Below are positions 10,983 to 20,866 of a DNA stretch of 64,000 nt, one piece after another. The DNA is from a virus. Numbering within the stretch: the stretch's first letter is position 1; the number at the start of each line of letters is the position of its first letter. The notes below the pieces were generated by a model that searched no databases, was not told where the DNA came from, and worked only from the letters and a program-made list of their open reading frames with translations. Location of the stretch: IMG/VR virus record IMGVR_UViG_3300042519_001698, one strand, 5' to 3'. The translations under genes were made by a program, and so were the position numbers.

Positions 10983-11042
10983 GTCTTAATATTCACCCCC
11001 TATATTCTCAAGACCTGGGAGTACTCTTCAAGGGGTCTCCCA
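10983..11042 (-). ncRNA. Candidate structured RNA element (two hairpins with complementary loops) in the nrdA 3' UTR
   Basis: GC-rich 60-nt island; see findings. No family assigned. Confidence 0.35.
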
Positions 11043-11047
11043 TTATT

Positions 11048-13480
11048 TTAAGAACCACATCCCTCACAATCAAATGGAGAGTCTACTGGTTTTTCCGATG
11101 TCATTACTACCTCAGGTGTTTCTTCACTTATTAAAGAATTATTTTTTGGTACTTCAACATTATTTACTGATGACGTTTGTTCAATTGGTTTTGATGTTGA
11201 CATATCCACACCCAAACCTTTAATTGCATCCACCGCCGCTCTTGTTCTTAAATAATACATACCCGTTTTTAACCCCAATTTCCAACCAAATAAATGTGCG
11301 GCTAATAATTTGGGTTTGGTAGCGTTATCCACAAATAAATTCAATGATTGTGACTGATCAATAAAAACACTTCTATTGGCTGCCATTTGTAAAATTCTCT
11401 TTTGTGACATTTCCCAAACGGTCTTATATACTTCCTTCATTTCTGTAGGAATTTCAGGTATGTTTTGAACTGAACCATTTTCCATGATTAGTTTATTTTT
11501 AATACCTTCATTCCATAAACCAATTTTTATTAAATCATAAACCAAGTGTTTATTAATCATAATAAATTCACCACTTAATGTTCTACGAGAATATAAGTTA
11601 GTTGTAAACGGTTCAAACGCTTCATTATTACCTAAAATTTGTGCAGTCGATGCAGTTGGCATTGGTGCAACTAATAATGAATTTCTAACACCATTTGTTT
11701 TAATTTCTTTTCTTAAAGATTTCCAATCCCAACGACCTGATAAATCTGAATCTTTTTTACCCCACATTTCATATTGTAAAATACCCTTTTCAATTGGTGA
11801 ACCTACAATTGTTTCATATGGACCAAATTCTTTCGCTAAATCTTTTGATGAAGTTAATGCCGCAAAATAAATTGTTTCAAAAATATCTGTTTGTAATTTA
11901 TCAGCCATTTCAGATTCAAAAGGTAAAGCCAATTTACACATTACGTCCGCCAAACCTTGAACACCTAAACCAACAGGACGATGTCTAAAGTTTGAACGTT
12001 TAGTTTCTTCGGTTGGGTAGAAGTTTAAATCAATTACATTGTTTAAGTTCTTAACAACTTGATATGTGTATTCATAAAGTAACTCATGATTGAATTCTCC
12101 ATCAAGGATATATTTTGGTAACGCGATTGATGCTAAATTACAAACTGCTTGTTCAGTTGGTGAACTATATTCAATAATTTCTGTACATAAATTTGAAGAT
12201 TTAATAGTACCTAAATTCTTTTGATTTGATTTATAATTCGCTGGGTCCTTGTATAACATGTAAGGTGTTCCCGTTTCAATTTGTGCAGTTAAGATTGCGT
12301 CCATTAATTTTCTTGCCTTAACTACTTTTCTTGCCTTACCATCCTTTTCATATGATTCATATAAACGAGTGAATGCTTTATCTTCAGGACTGTCGTAAGC
12401 GTCGGATAATCCTGGCGCCTCGTCAGGTGAAAATAGGGACCAATCTCCATCACTTTCAACACGTTGCATAAATAAATCGGGAGTCCACATCGCTAAGAAT
12501 AAATCTCTCGCTCTCATTTCTTCCTTACCATGATTCTTTCTTAAATCAATAAAATCAAAAATATCTGAATGCCAAGGTTCAAGATAAATAGCAAAAGAAC
12601 CTTTACGTTTACCACCTTGATTAATCCATCGAGCAACCTCATTGTATGTTTTTAACATTGGTAACAGACCATCTGAAAGACCTCCTGTTCCTTTTATATA
12701 AGAACCTTTGGCTCTAACATCATGAACGTGTAAACCAATTCCACCAGCCCATTTAGAAATCTTAGCCACATCTTTGATTGTATCAAACAACCCATCAATA
12801 TCATCACCTTTATTTCCAATTAAAAAACAAGATGACATTTGAGCTCGTTTTGTGCCGGCATTAAACAGCGTTGGGGTTGCATGTGTGTAATAATGTTGGG
12901 ATAAGTCATCATAAATACGAATCGCAGTTCCAACATCACCTTTACAAATACCTACCGCGACTCTCATATACATGTATTGTGGTCTTTCAATAATACGTTC
13001 ACCTATCTTTAATAGATATGAACGTTCTAATGTTTTAAAACCAAAATAATCGAAATCCAAATCTCTTTCTTGGTGAATTGAACCGTCAAGTGATTCTTTA
13101 TTGTTCATGACAAACTCATAAACTCCTTCATCAATTAAAGAAGATTCTTTACCTGTTTTTGGTTCAATAAAAGAATATAGTTCTTTAATACATTGTGAAA
13201 ATTTCTTATGAGTTGTTTTATGTAAATTAGAAACGGCAAGTCTTCCTGCTAATTTTGAATAATCAGGATGTGTTGTGGCCATCGCCGCCGCAGTTTCTGC
13301 AGCAAGAACATCTAATTCAGTTGTAGAAATTCCATCATATATTCCTTGTGTAACTTTTAAAGTAACGTAGGTTGGGTCTATGTATTCTAAATTTAAATCA
13401 CTACAAAATACACTTATTCTTCTTGTAATCTTATCGTATCTCATCTCCTCTAAGGAACCGTCTCTTTTTTTTACTTTCAT
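11048..13480 (-). CDS. nrdA: Ribonucleotide reductase class Ia alpha subunit with ATP-cone
   Basis: N-terminal MKVKKRDG ATP-cone; HATPTLFNAGT, SSCFL, SNLCTEI, APMPTASTAQI; C-terminal CEGC. Confidence 0.97.
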   Translation of the reverse strand: MKVKKRDGSLEEMRYDKITRRISVFCSDLNLEYIDPTYVTLKVTQGIYDGISTTELDVLAAETAAAMATTHPDYSKLAGRLAVSNLHKTTHKKFSQCIKELYSFIEPKTGKESSLIDEGVYEFVMNNKESLDGSIHQERDLDFDYFGFKTLERSYLLKIGERIIERPQYMYMRVAVGICKGDVGTAIRIYDDLSQHYYTHATPTLFNAGTKRAQMSSCFLIGNKGDDIDGLFDTIKDVAKISKWAGGIGLHVHDVRAKGSYIKGTGGLSDGLLPMLKTYNEVARWINQGGKRKGSFAIYLEPWHSDIFDFIDLRKNHGKEEMRARDLFLAMWTPDLFMQRVESDGDWSLFSPDEAPGLSDAYDSPEDKAFTRLYESYEKDGKARKVVKARKLMDAILTAQIETGTPYMLYKDPANYKSNQKNLGTIKSSNLCTEIIEYSSPTEQAVCNLASIALPKYILDGEFNHELLYEYTYQVVKNLNNVIDLNFYPTEETKRSNFRHRPVGLGVQGLADVMCKLALPFESEMADKLQTDIFETIYFAALTSSKDLAKEFGPYETIVGSPIEKGILQYEMWGKKDSDLSGRWDWKSLRKEIKTNGVRNSLLVAPMPTASTAQILGNNEAFEPFTTNLYSRRTLSGEFIMINKHLVYDLIKIGLWNEGIKNKLIMENGSVQNIPEIPTEMKEVYKTVWEMSQKRILQMAANRSVFIDQSQSLNLFVDNATKPKLLAAHLFGWKLGLKTGMYYLRTRAAVDAIKGLGVDMSTSKPIEQTSSVNNVEVPKNNSLISEETPEVVMTSEKPVDSPFDCEGCGS

Positions 13481-13495
13481 TTTTATTTTCTAATT

Positions 13496-14473
13496 TTAAA
13501 AATCAACATCACCAAATGCAGAATCTAAATCTTCAGATTCGTTTGTTTTATTCACACCAGCTTTTTGATACTCGGCAACTCTTTTCTCAAAGAAATTTGT
13601 TTTACCTTGTAATGCAATGTTTTGCATAAAATCAAATGGATTCTCTGAGTTATAAACTTTAGATACTCCTAAGGCAATCAATAATCTATCAGTTACAAAT
13701 TCAAGATATTGTGACATTAAATCTGAGTTCATACCGATTAAACGAACTGGTAATGCCTCAAGTATAAATTCTTTTTCAATCTCTAAAGCCCCACATATAA
13801 TTTCTTTAATTCTTTCAGGTTTTACTTTATTTTGAATATGTTGATTATAGATATGACATGCAAAATCACAATGCATACCTTCATCACGAGATATCAATTC
13901 ATTTGAAAATGTAAGTCCGGGTAATAACCCTCTTTTCTTTAACCAAAAAATTGAACAGAATGAACCTGAAAAGAAGATACCTTCAACCGCAGCAAATGCA
14001 ATTAATCTATCAACAAACGACTCTGAATTAATCCATTTTAATGCCCAATCAGCTTTCTTTTTAACAGCAGGAATTGTGTCGATAGCATTGAATAAGAAAT
14101 GTTGTTCATCTTTGTCTTTTACCAAAGTGTCAATTAAAAGTGAATATGTTTCACTATGGATGTTCTCCATCATAATTTGAAATCCGTAGAAAAACTTAGC
14201 TTCAGTATATTGAACTTCGTTTAAGAAGTTTATTGCCAAATTTTCATTTACGATTCCGTCAGATGCTGCGAAAAATGCCAATACATGTTTTACGAAATGT
14301 TGTTCGTCAGCATTTAGTTTATTTTCCCAATCAGAAACATCTTGTCCTAAATCAATTTCTTCAGCTGTCCAAAAAGACGCTTCAGATTGTTTATAGAACT
14401 TCCATAGGTCATGGTGTTCGATAGGGAAAACGACAAATCTCCCTGGATTGTCTTGTAATATTTTTTCAGTCAT
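13496..14473 (-). CDS. nrdB: Ribonucleotide reductase class Ia beta subunit
   Basis: [30 protein letters not shown] (radical Tyr), [15 protein letters not shown]. Confidence 0.97.
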   Translation of the reverse strand: MTEKILQDNPGRFVVFPIEHHDLWKFYKQSEASFWTAEEIDLGQDVSDWENKLNADEQHFVKHVLAFFAASDGIVNENLAINFLNEVQYTEAKFFYGFQIMMENIHSETYSLLIDTLVKDKDEQHFLFNAIDTIPAVKKKADWALKWINSESFVDRLIAFAAVEGIFFSGSFCSIFWLKKRGLLPGLTFSNELISRDEGMHCDFACHIYNQHIQNKVKPERIKEIICGALEIEKEFILEALPVRLIGMNSDLMSQYLEFVTDRLLIALGVSKVYNSENPFDFMQNIALQGKTNFFEKRVAEYQKAGVNKTNESEDLDSAFGDVDF

Positions 14474-14484
14474 TTTGATTTTTT

Positions 14485-15867
14485 TTAATTTTTAACTACT
14501 AAACCTGCCTTTCTTTCTTGTGTCCTTTTGTAGACATCTGCCGCTCTAGTTGCTCTCTCTTGTACTTTTTGTTCTTCAAATCCAAGAAGAGTATTCTGTG
14601 TGTCGGTATCAATAACAAGATATTCATTATTGAACTTACAGTTTTGAAATATAACACCGTCTCTACCAATACGTGATTTAAGTAAAGTTAATGTTGCTAA
14701 GTTATTTTCTTTTTGTTCAAGTGTTTTAGCGATTGAAACAATTACGTGGGCAATTTGTGCTTTCTTAATTGATCCTCCCATTTGGTCACTATTAACAACT
14801 TCAGATGAAATTGATTCTCTATTACCTTGTGTCGCCGTCCATATTGCAATATCGAATTCACCTGTCATTGATTCTAAACTTCTCATAATAGAACCCTCTC
14901 CTTTCCATTCTTCTCCATTTACACTTCTTTCGGGAGATATACAATCAACATAATCAATGAGTAGCAAATCTATTTTAAATCCGTCAGAAATCAATTTTCT
15001 AACTTTATTTTTTATTTCAGATATTGTTACATTATCACTCGCTAATTTTAAAAGTTTAATTCCACCTTTAGATTGTACTTCAGCTTCTTTAACCTTTATT
15101 TTTACCTCTTCAGCGTTTTCTGGTTGATCTTTAGGTGCAACACCTGACCATATGGTATAATGTTTTCTTTTAATATTACCTGGATTATCTTCAAAAAACA
15201 CTTGTAAAACATTATATCCTTGGTTATATGCCGTGTTAGCCATTTTAGTAAGTAAGGTAGTCTTACCAGTACCCGTAGGAGCTAATACAATACCCAATTC
15301 TCCTCTTCCAAGTCCACCCTCTAACAAGTTGTCGATTCCAACAATACCTGTCGCAATTGGAAGTCTATTGTCCTTTTCTAATGCTAAATCAATGTCCTCA
15401 AATACATCCGTTCCGTCATCGTTCATTAAACCGATTTGTAACGCTTTTTGTATGATTTCCTCAATCTTATTATAAGATTCAAATTCACCATTGTCAATAA
15501 TGTTATGTACATCTTTAAGTTTCTTCTTTAAGTTCTGTTGTTTACAGAAATTAAGGGCGGTATCTTGTATGTATTCAGTATTGACTTCTAATTGTTTAAT
15601 AGCTTCAAGAGTATCAACGTGTTTTGTTGAGTCATTACCACCTTCGGCCATTAACTTTTGTGCAACCGTATCGTAGTTTGGTATAGTGTTATACGTTTTG
15701 AATAACTCTTTAACATTTTCCATGATAAATTTAAACGATGTATTATCAAAATATCTACTTTCTAAAACATCAATAATCGTTTCTCCGTACTTCTTGTTTT
15801 CGATTATTGACTTAATAAGTGATTGTTGAAATGAAAATCCTAAATTACCAAAATTCTTCTCTGCCAT
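14485..15867 (-). CDS. dnaB: Replicative DNA helicase, DnaB/gp41-like
   Basis: Walker [10 protein letters not shown], Walker [26 protein letters not shown]. Confidence 0.92.
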   Translation of the reverse strand: MAEKNFGNLGFSFQQSLIKSIIENKKYGETIIDVLESRYFDNTSFKFIMENVKELFKTYNTIPNYDTVAQKLMAEGGNDSTKHVDTLEAIKQLEVNTEYIQDTALNFCKQQNLKKKLKDVHNIIDNGEFESYNKIEEIIQKALQIGLMNDDGTDVFEDIDLALEKDNRLPIATGIVGIDNLLEGGLGRGELGIVLAPTGTGKTTLLTKMANTAYNQGYNVLQVFFEDNPGNIKRKHYTIWSGVAPKDQPENAEEVKIKVKEAEVQSKGGIKLLKLASDNVTISEIKNKVRKLISDGFKIDLLLIDYVDCISPERSVNGEEWKGEGSIMRSLESMTGEFDIAIWTATQGNRESISSEVVNSDQMGGSIKKAQIAHVIVSIAKTLEQKENNLATLTLLKSRIGRDGVIFQNCKFNNEYLVIDTDTQNTLLGFEEQKVQERATRAADVYKRTQERKAGLVVKN

Positions 15868-15881
15868 TTTATATATATATT

Positions 15882-16328
15882 TTATAGTTCATAATTCAAA
15901 TACGTTGTCTCCAATTCATCAGATGATAAAATGTCAGTTAAATCTGTCAAAATTCTCTTAAGTCTTGGTCGAACATCCACCGTGTATCTAACCTTTGGAT
16001 GGTAGTAAAATGCTGGGAATATTCTTTGAATAAATACATCCTCATTCAACTTAATTTCCAATAAAAAGTGTTCTTTATCCTTCTCATTTGAATCTTCCAC
16101 ATAGTCAGAAGACAAGATAAAATTTGCATTCTCACATAGATAATTGGAACTTTTTATTTTTAAATCTTCAGCAATATCATCACAAATATTTTTCACATAG
16201 TAGTGTAAGTCCATTGATCTTCTAGATGGGTCATAGTGGTCTTTAACGTTAAAAAATCTTTGGACAATGATGTTTCCCTCTAATGATAATAGGAATTCGA
16301 ATTTAGTAATGTTTTCTTGATTACTCAT
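15882..16328 (-). CDS. Hypothetical protein in the replication operon
   Basis: 148-aa ORF coupled between the exonuclease and helicase genes. Confidence 0.8.
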   Translation of the reverse strand: MSNQENITKFEFLLSLEGNIIVQRFFNVKDHYDPSRRSMDLHYYVKNICDDIAEDLKIKSSNYLCENANFILSSDYVEDSNEKDKEHFLLEIKLNEDVFIQRIFPAFYYHPKVRYTVDVRPRLKRILTDLTDILSSDELETTYLNYEL

Positions 16329-17340
16329 AGTTTTTAATTTTTATTATTCTTTTATTTTTTTCCTTTCTTGTGAGACGTAAAAATGGGTTTAAAAATTTTA
16401 TCCATGCATCATCCGATTTTGGTAACACATTGAATAATCCATCTTCCATCATCATTTTCATGGTATTTTTATAAGACCTCCCCTCAGGGTCTAAATTTTC
16501 ATTAATTAGTGAATCTATATTTTGTTTTGCCTCATCAGTAAGGAACGGGTCATCCAAACTTACAATACGACTGTTTACATCGAAGAACTCATCTCCAAAA
16601 ACTCCATGCTTAGTTACACCTGTAAGTAGATTAGTTACTAACCTATTTGTCTTATCTTGTTCAAATAAGACGTTACATTTGTCTTTAACTTGTTCAATTG
16701 AAATTTTTTCTGTTTTTAGTTCAGGGAAAAGTGATAAAAATCTCTTAACTCCCATTCCTCTTATACCTGCGATGTTGTCTGAAGAGTCTCCGCACATCAT
16801 TTTAACCAATTTAACATTTTCAATTAAAATTTCTTCGTGGTCGTAAACAATCGTATCGTTTTGTTTGTATATTTTTCCGTGTGACGGGTTGTATATTTGT
16901 GTAGTTTCTGAAACAAGTTGAGTTAAATCTCCATCAGATGAGTAAACTATCTTAGACTCGTTGTTTGATTTTTGTGAATAATATGCAATACAATCGTCAG
17001 TTTCACAATATTCATATTCTCCTTGTCTAACAAAAAGTTCTTCTAAATATTGTTTTACCCTATCCCTTTGATATCCGTATGAGTTAATCTCTTCTTCAGA
17101 ACGAAGTCTAGATTTTCTGTTCTCCTTGTAATGGATATAAATTTTCTTTCTGGTTTGTGAACCGTCAAGTCCATCCCAAAATACCACAATTTTATCTAAA
17201 TGATACGTCTCAAATGCTCTTCTAAGGGTATTAAGAAAATGATATATTCCCCCAATATGTGTCCCTTTATAGAAGTAATTCTTGACACCATAAAAACCAA
17301 TCGTAAGTAAATTGTCACCATCAACAAGTAAAACAGACAT
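16321..17340 (-). CDS. 5'-3' exonuclease / flap endonuclease (T4 RNase H / PolA N-terminal-like)
   Basis: LLVDGDNL, WDG, YKENR, ETDD, SSDGDL, GDSSDNIAGIRGMG. Confidence 0.92.
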   Translation of the reverse strand: MSVLLVDGDNLLTIGFYGVKNYFYKGTHIGGIYHFLNTLRRAFETYHLDKIVVFWDGLDGSQTRKKIYIHYKENRKSRLRSEEEINSYGYQRDRVKQYLEELFVRQGEYEYCETDDCIAYYSQKSNNESKIVYSSDGDLTQLVSETTQIYNPSHGKIYKQNDTIVYDHEEILIENVKLVKMMCGDSSDNIAGIRGMGVKRFLSLFPELKTEKISIEQVKDKCNVLFEQDKTNRLVTNLLTGVTKHGVFGDEFFDVNSRIVSLDDPFLTDEAKQNIDSLINENLDPEGRSYKNTMKMMMEDGLFNVLPKSDDAWIKFLNPFLRLTRKEKNKRIIKIKNYE

Positions 17341-17352
17341 TAATAAATTTTA

Positions 17353-18333
17353 TTATAGATCACTTTCTTCTGTTACAACTTCCACGTCTTCGATGTCTGT
17401 AACATTAACACCTAACATCTTACTGATGTAATCACCACACTCTTTTTTGTACTCTTCGAGAGATTTCTTTTCTTCTCCTTCTTCTCGTCCTGCCATAAAT
17501 CCGTGTGATGTAACCAAGATACGTCCATCTTCATATCCCAAACCATTAATGTGGTTCTTCATAATAGAGATTTTTGTTCTTGTTGCGATTTTAACTTTTC
17601 TCTTATCTTTTGTGATTGAGATTTTAGTTGTACCCGCACCTTTTTGATTACCAAATAAGAATACAATACTCGAGTTTAACCAAATCGCTTCTCCACCTTT
17701 TGCTTTAATCTTAGGTTGTCCGAAAGGATTATCAGGTAATTCTACCCAAGGTTGGTTAACAATGATTAATGTATTCGTATAAGGTTTATCTGTTCTTCTT
17801 GAACCTGAAATACGTTGGTTGATACCCATTCCAATTTTGTCAGCTAATACCGACGCATTGTGTTGTTTACCACCTTTACCATCGTAAGTCATTTTACAAG
17901 GAACTGAACCTACTGAATCCCAAAGAATTAATAAATCGTGAGGTAAATCTCCTTTCTCTTGTGCGTCTAATAATTCATTGATATATTCTGTAATTTGTTC
18001 AATATATTCAAAATCACTATTAAAAAGATAATCTCCATTTCTATCGAAACCCATCAATTCGGCGTGGTCCCAACTCCATTTTTGTTCTGTGATAATAAAC
18101 ACAGGAACAATGTTTTTCTTTTGTGCATCTACCGCTGACTTTACAAGTGCCGTTGTTTTACCCGTATCACTATGTCCTAATAACATATTGATGTGTCCCA
18201 TTGCAGGACCGGGTATACCCGTTGCATCTAAGAAAGCATCACCCAAATCAAAGAAACGGTCTGCTTTATATTCGGCCTCTTTAGAGAATTTCTTCTTAAT
18301 TGCAGAAAAGTCTGTTTTTTTTATACCTGCCAT
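17353..18333 (-). CDS. recA: RecA/UvsX-like recombinase
   Basis: Walker A GHSDTGKTT, WDSVGS, IVNQ, KGGEA. Confidence 0.88.
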   Translation of the reverse strand: MAGIKKTDFSAIKKKFSKEAEYKADRFFDLGDAFLDATGIPGPAMGHINMLLGHSDTGKTTALVKSAVDAQKKNIVPVFIITEQKWSWDHAELMGFDRNGDYLFNSDFEYIEQITEYINELLDAQEKGDLPHDLLILWDSVGSVPCKMTYDGKGGKQHNASVLADKIGMGINQRISGSRRTDKPYTNTLIIVNQPWVELPDNPFGQPKIKAKGGEAIWLNSSIVFLFGNQKGAGTTKISITKDKRKVKIATRTKISIMKNHINGLGYEDGRILVTSHGFMAGREEGEEKKSLEEYKKECGDYISKMLGVNVTDIEDVEVVTEESDL

Positions 18334-18351
18334 GTTGTTGTTTTTTAAAAT

Positions 18352-18381
18352 GATGTTCCCGACATTGGTGTCGGGAACATC
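18352..18381 (-). terminator. Perfect 13-bp hairpin between ssb and recA (terminator, attenuator or processing site)
   Basis: GATGTTCCCGACA-4 nt-TGTCGGGAACATC; only a short U run follows. Confidence 0.6.
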
Positions 18382-18390
18382 TTAAATTAA

Positions 18391-19239
18391 TTAGAATGGT
18401 AATTCACTATCTGTGTCATCATCCGCTTGTGGGTCAACCACAGGTGTAGATGATTTTACATTTCCGATTGTTTCCTCACCAGTTGTGTTGTTACTTGAAA
18501 CCCATTTGTTTTGGTTTGTGTCCCAACGTGGAGCTTCGCCATTTGCAACCATTTCAAGATAATCTTCACCTTTCTTAGAATAAACATCAGACCAAACTGT
18601 CTCATCATCTAACCACGCTTTAGCAACGTCACTATCAGAATGTAATACACTTGAATCGTCATTTAATACTGAATTAATAACTGTGTATTCTTTACCCGTT
18701 CCTGCTTTTGTTAAAGTTAAAGATAAGATTAAGTCACGTCCATTTTCAGGACTTGTAACGTCACCTTTGTTACGGAAGATTGGGAAGATTTTATCAATAA
18801 CACCATCACCTTTGTGATTATGTTTAAATCTCCAAAACTTAACCCCGTCGTTTTCATGGTCGCGGTCGATAACCTTAACAATGTAAAACTTACGAGAGCG
18901 GTAGTTACGTGCTAATTCACGGTCAGACTCAACTCCTGTTTGCATTAAACTGTCATGAACCTCATTTAATGGGGAACGTTTTCCTTCTTGTTTAGGGTCA
19001 TATAATTTAACCCACTTTCCATCCACCTGAACTTCGTGGAAATAAACCTCAACAAATGGTGAACCACCATCTTTTGTAGGTAAAATACGAATACGTCTTT
19101 CTTCTCCCTTAGAACCCTTAGGTAATACGGTAGTGAAATAACGCTTCATTCTGTCCTCTGAGGACATTTTGTTAGAATTGCCACTTGTGGCGTTTTTGTT
19201 TTTCTCGTACTGTGCTAGTACTGCATCAAATGTTGACAT
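18391..19239 (-). CDS. gp32: Single-stranded DNA-binding protein, T4 gp32-like
   Basis: RIRILP...PFVEVYFH, FYIVKVIDR, GRDL, acidic tail ending DDDTDSELPF. Confidence 0.85.
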   Translation of the reverse strand: MSTFDAVLAQYEKNKNATSGNSNKMSSEDRMKRYFTTVLPKGSKGEERRIRILPTKDGGSPFVEVYFHEVQVDGKWVKLYDPKQEGKRSPLNEVHDSLMQTGVESDRELARNYRSRKFYIVKVIDRDHENDGVKFWRFKHNHKGDGVIDKIFPIFRNKGDVTSPENGRDLILSLTLTKAGTGKEYTVINSVLNDDSSVLHSDSDVAKAWLDDETVWSDVYSKKGEDYLEMVANGEAPRWDTNQNKWVSSNNTTGEETIGNVKSSTPVVDPQADDDTDSELPF

Positions 19240-19289
19240 AATTAAGAATTTTTATTTATAAAACTGTTATAGTAAATTATAAATAAAAA

Positions 19290-19313
19290 AACCCGAATTA
19301 CGAAATCCGGGTT
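19290..19313 (-). terminator. Rho-independent terminator downstream of the 19338-19565 gene
   Basis: Minus strand AACCCGGAT-TTCGTA-ATTCGGGTT followed by a T run. Confidence 0.75.
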
Positions 19314-19337
19314 CAAGTTTTTTTAAAAAGTCTTAAA

Positions 19338-19565
19338 TTACCATCTAATAACGTAATCGTTGTTTGTACCCATGAAATTATTTTTGGTACTTACTTTATA
19401 TCCGTAATTATCCAATGTGGTTAAAATTTGTTCGTTAATATATCTAGGGTCTATTGTAATTTGATATAATCCCTGTGCCGTTGCTGAGGTTATTAAACCA
19501 TCTATGTATGATAATGAACCCGTGGCGGTATTTGACGCTGTTCTTGCTGCTGAACCTGATTGCAT
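19338..19565 (-). CDS. Hypothetical protein
   Basis: 75-aa ORF co-oriented in an operon and followed by a terminator. Confidence 0.75.
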   Translation of the reverse strand: MQSGSAARTASNTATGSLSYIDGLITSATAQGLYQITIDPRYINEQILTTLDNYGYKVSTKNNFMGTNNDYVIRW

Positions 19566-19578
19566 ATTATATTTGTTT

Positions 19579-19950
19579 TTATTCTAATGTTAATAAATAT
19601 CCTAGTTTATTAATCAAACCTAAAATCTCATCTCTGATGTTTAATAGGTTTGTGTCTGTTTCGTCAAGTTGTGATGTAAATTGTACTAATGCTTCTCTTA
19701 ATGTGTTTATAAATCCTTTCATATCTAATTCAGATAGATTTACCAATTCAATGGTTTTAGTTTCGTCGTCTAATATAAAACGACCATACTTTCCCATAGC
19801 CTCTTCAACATACCTATCTACCAATTCAAGTAATTCATCAAATGTAGACCCAAAAGCATTATGACGAGCAAACCCTTTGGTTTGCCAATGATTAACCTTA
19901 AGTTGCATTTGTAACCCCAAAAAGAAATTTACATTAGAACTTAAATTCAT
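19579..19950 (-). CDS. Dps/ferritin-like four-helix-bundle protein (DUF5856-like)
   Basis: HWQT...ARHNAF...FDELLELVDRYVE; ends ILGLINKLGYLLTLE. Confidence 0.75.
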   Translation of the reverse strand: MNLSSNVNFFLGLQMQLKVNHWQTKGFARHNAFGSTFDELLELVDRYVEEAMGKYGRFILDDETKTIELVNLSELDMKGFINTLREALVQFTSQLDETDTNLLNIRDEILGLINKLGYLLTLE

Positions 19951-20611
19951 CTTCTTCAGTTTCCGGATTAAATGATTTTCTTATTTGGTCAACGGGGTAG
20001 TTACTTACCTCATCTTTAGTTAAAACATATTCGTTTTTACCACTTGCTCTCATTTCACCTTGTTTGTGAGCAAAGAATTCTTGTGGTTTTTCGTTAAATG
20101 GATATGAATCCAAAGAACGCATTTCCAATTTTTCAACTTCACTTTTAGGTTTTACCTCATCAATTTTAGATCCTAATTGGTCAATTCTTGAAACCAATTG
20201 GTCCATTTGAGCCAATTTAACTTCAAGTTCTCCTAATTTAGAAAAAACGTCATCCATCTTACCAATAAGGTTTCCTTGGTCTTGTTGTTTATCCTCTAAA
20301 TCTTTTTTGATACTTTTGGTCATATCAACTAAGTCTGTAATATCAATTTCTTCTGTTGAGTCTCCTCCCATTGCGTCGGGAGCCGGTGGCATTCCACCGT
20401 CAGCGGGTGGTATACCAGCATCTGGTGCTGGTGGTACATCTCCACCTAATGGTGCGTCCGCCGCCGCTGCGTCTGCTGGAGGTGCCGCTAATGGGTCTTC
20501 AACAGGTGCTTCAGGTGCTGGTGGAACGTCTTGTTCCATTATCATCGTTTTACCATATTTGTTAATGGCTTTATAACGATTTAATTCTTCTTGTAGTTTT
20601 TGCTCTAACAT
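19934..20611 (-). CDS. Hypothetical protein with an N-terminal LQEELNRYK tag, Pro/Ala/Asp-rich linker and coiled coil
   Basis: Start moved from 20653 to the ATG at 20611 so the gene follows 20616-20819 without overlap. Confidence 0.8.
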   Translation of the reverse strand: MLEQKLQEELNRYKAINKYGKTMIMEQDVPPAPEAPVEDPLAAPPADAAAADAPLGGDVPPAPDAGIPPADGGMPPAPDAMGGDSTEEIDITDLVDMTKSIKKDLEDKQQDQGNLIGKMDDVFSKLGELEVKLAQMDQLVSRIDQLGSKIDEVKPKSEVEKLEMRSLDSYPFNEKPQEFFAHKQGEMRASGKNEYVLTKDEVSNYPVDQIRKSFNPETEEDEFKF

Positions 20612-20615
20612 AGTA

Positions 20616-20819
20616 TTAATCTTGTAATAATTGTCTACCATCGTTGGTAACATATTTTTTATTTATTCTTTCAACAATTCCGTCTTTTTCTCTAATTGTG
20701 TAACATTCTCCCGTCATTAAATCACATTCTTCTCTTTCCATACCATCACTTGACGTTCTTTTAGTCTGTTTAGGACTTAAAAATTGGTCCATTGCGTCGT
20801 TTATTTTATTATTTTCCAT
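20616..20819 (-). CDS. Hypothetical protein
   Basis: 67-aa ORF with TATTTATA upstream; first gene of a small operon. Confidence 0.75.
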   Translation of the reverse strand: MENNKINDAMDQFLSPKQTKRTSSDGMEREECDLMTGECYTIREKDGIVERINKKYVTNDGRQLLQD

Positions 20820-20835
20820 AATGTTCTTTTATATG

Positions 20836-20843
20836 TATAAATA
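20836..20843 (-). promoter_or_regulatory. Candidate late promoter TATTTATA
   Basis: Upstream of the 20819 start; gaTATTTATA context. Confidence 0.6.
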
Positions 20844-20866
20844 TCCTAAGTTTTATTAATATTCAT

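Noticed and set aside
10983-11042. Hammerhead or HDV/theta ribozyme reading of the nrdA 3' element
   Set aside because: The topology is superficially HDV-like, but there is no P3 stem, no pyrimidines for P1.1 and no catalytic C in the J4/2 position; the hammerhead CGAAA core is also missing.
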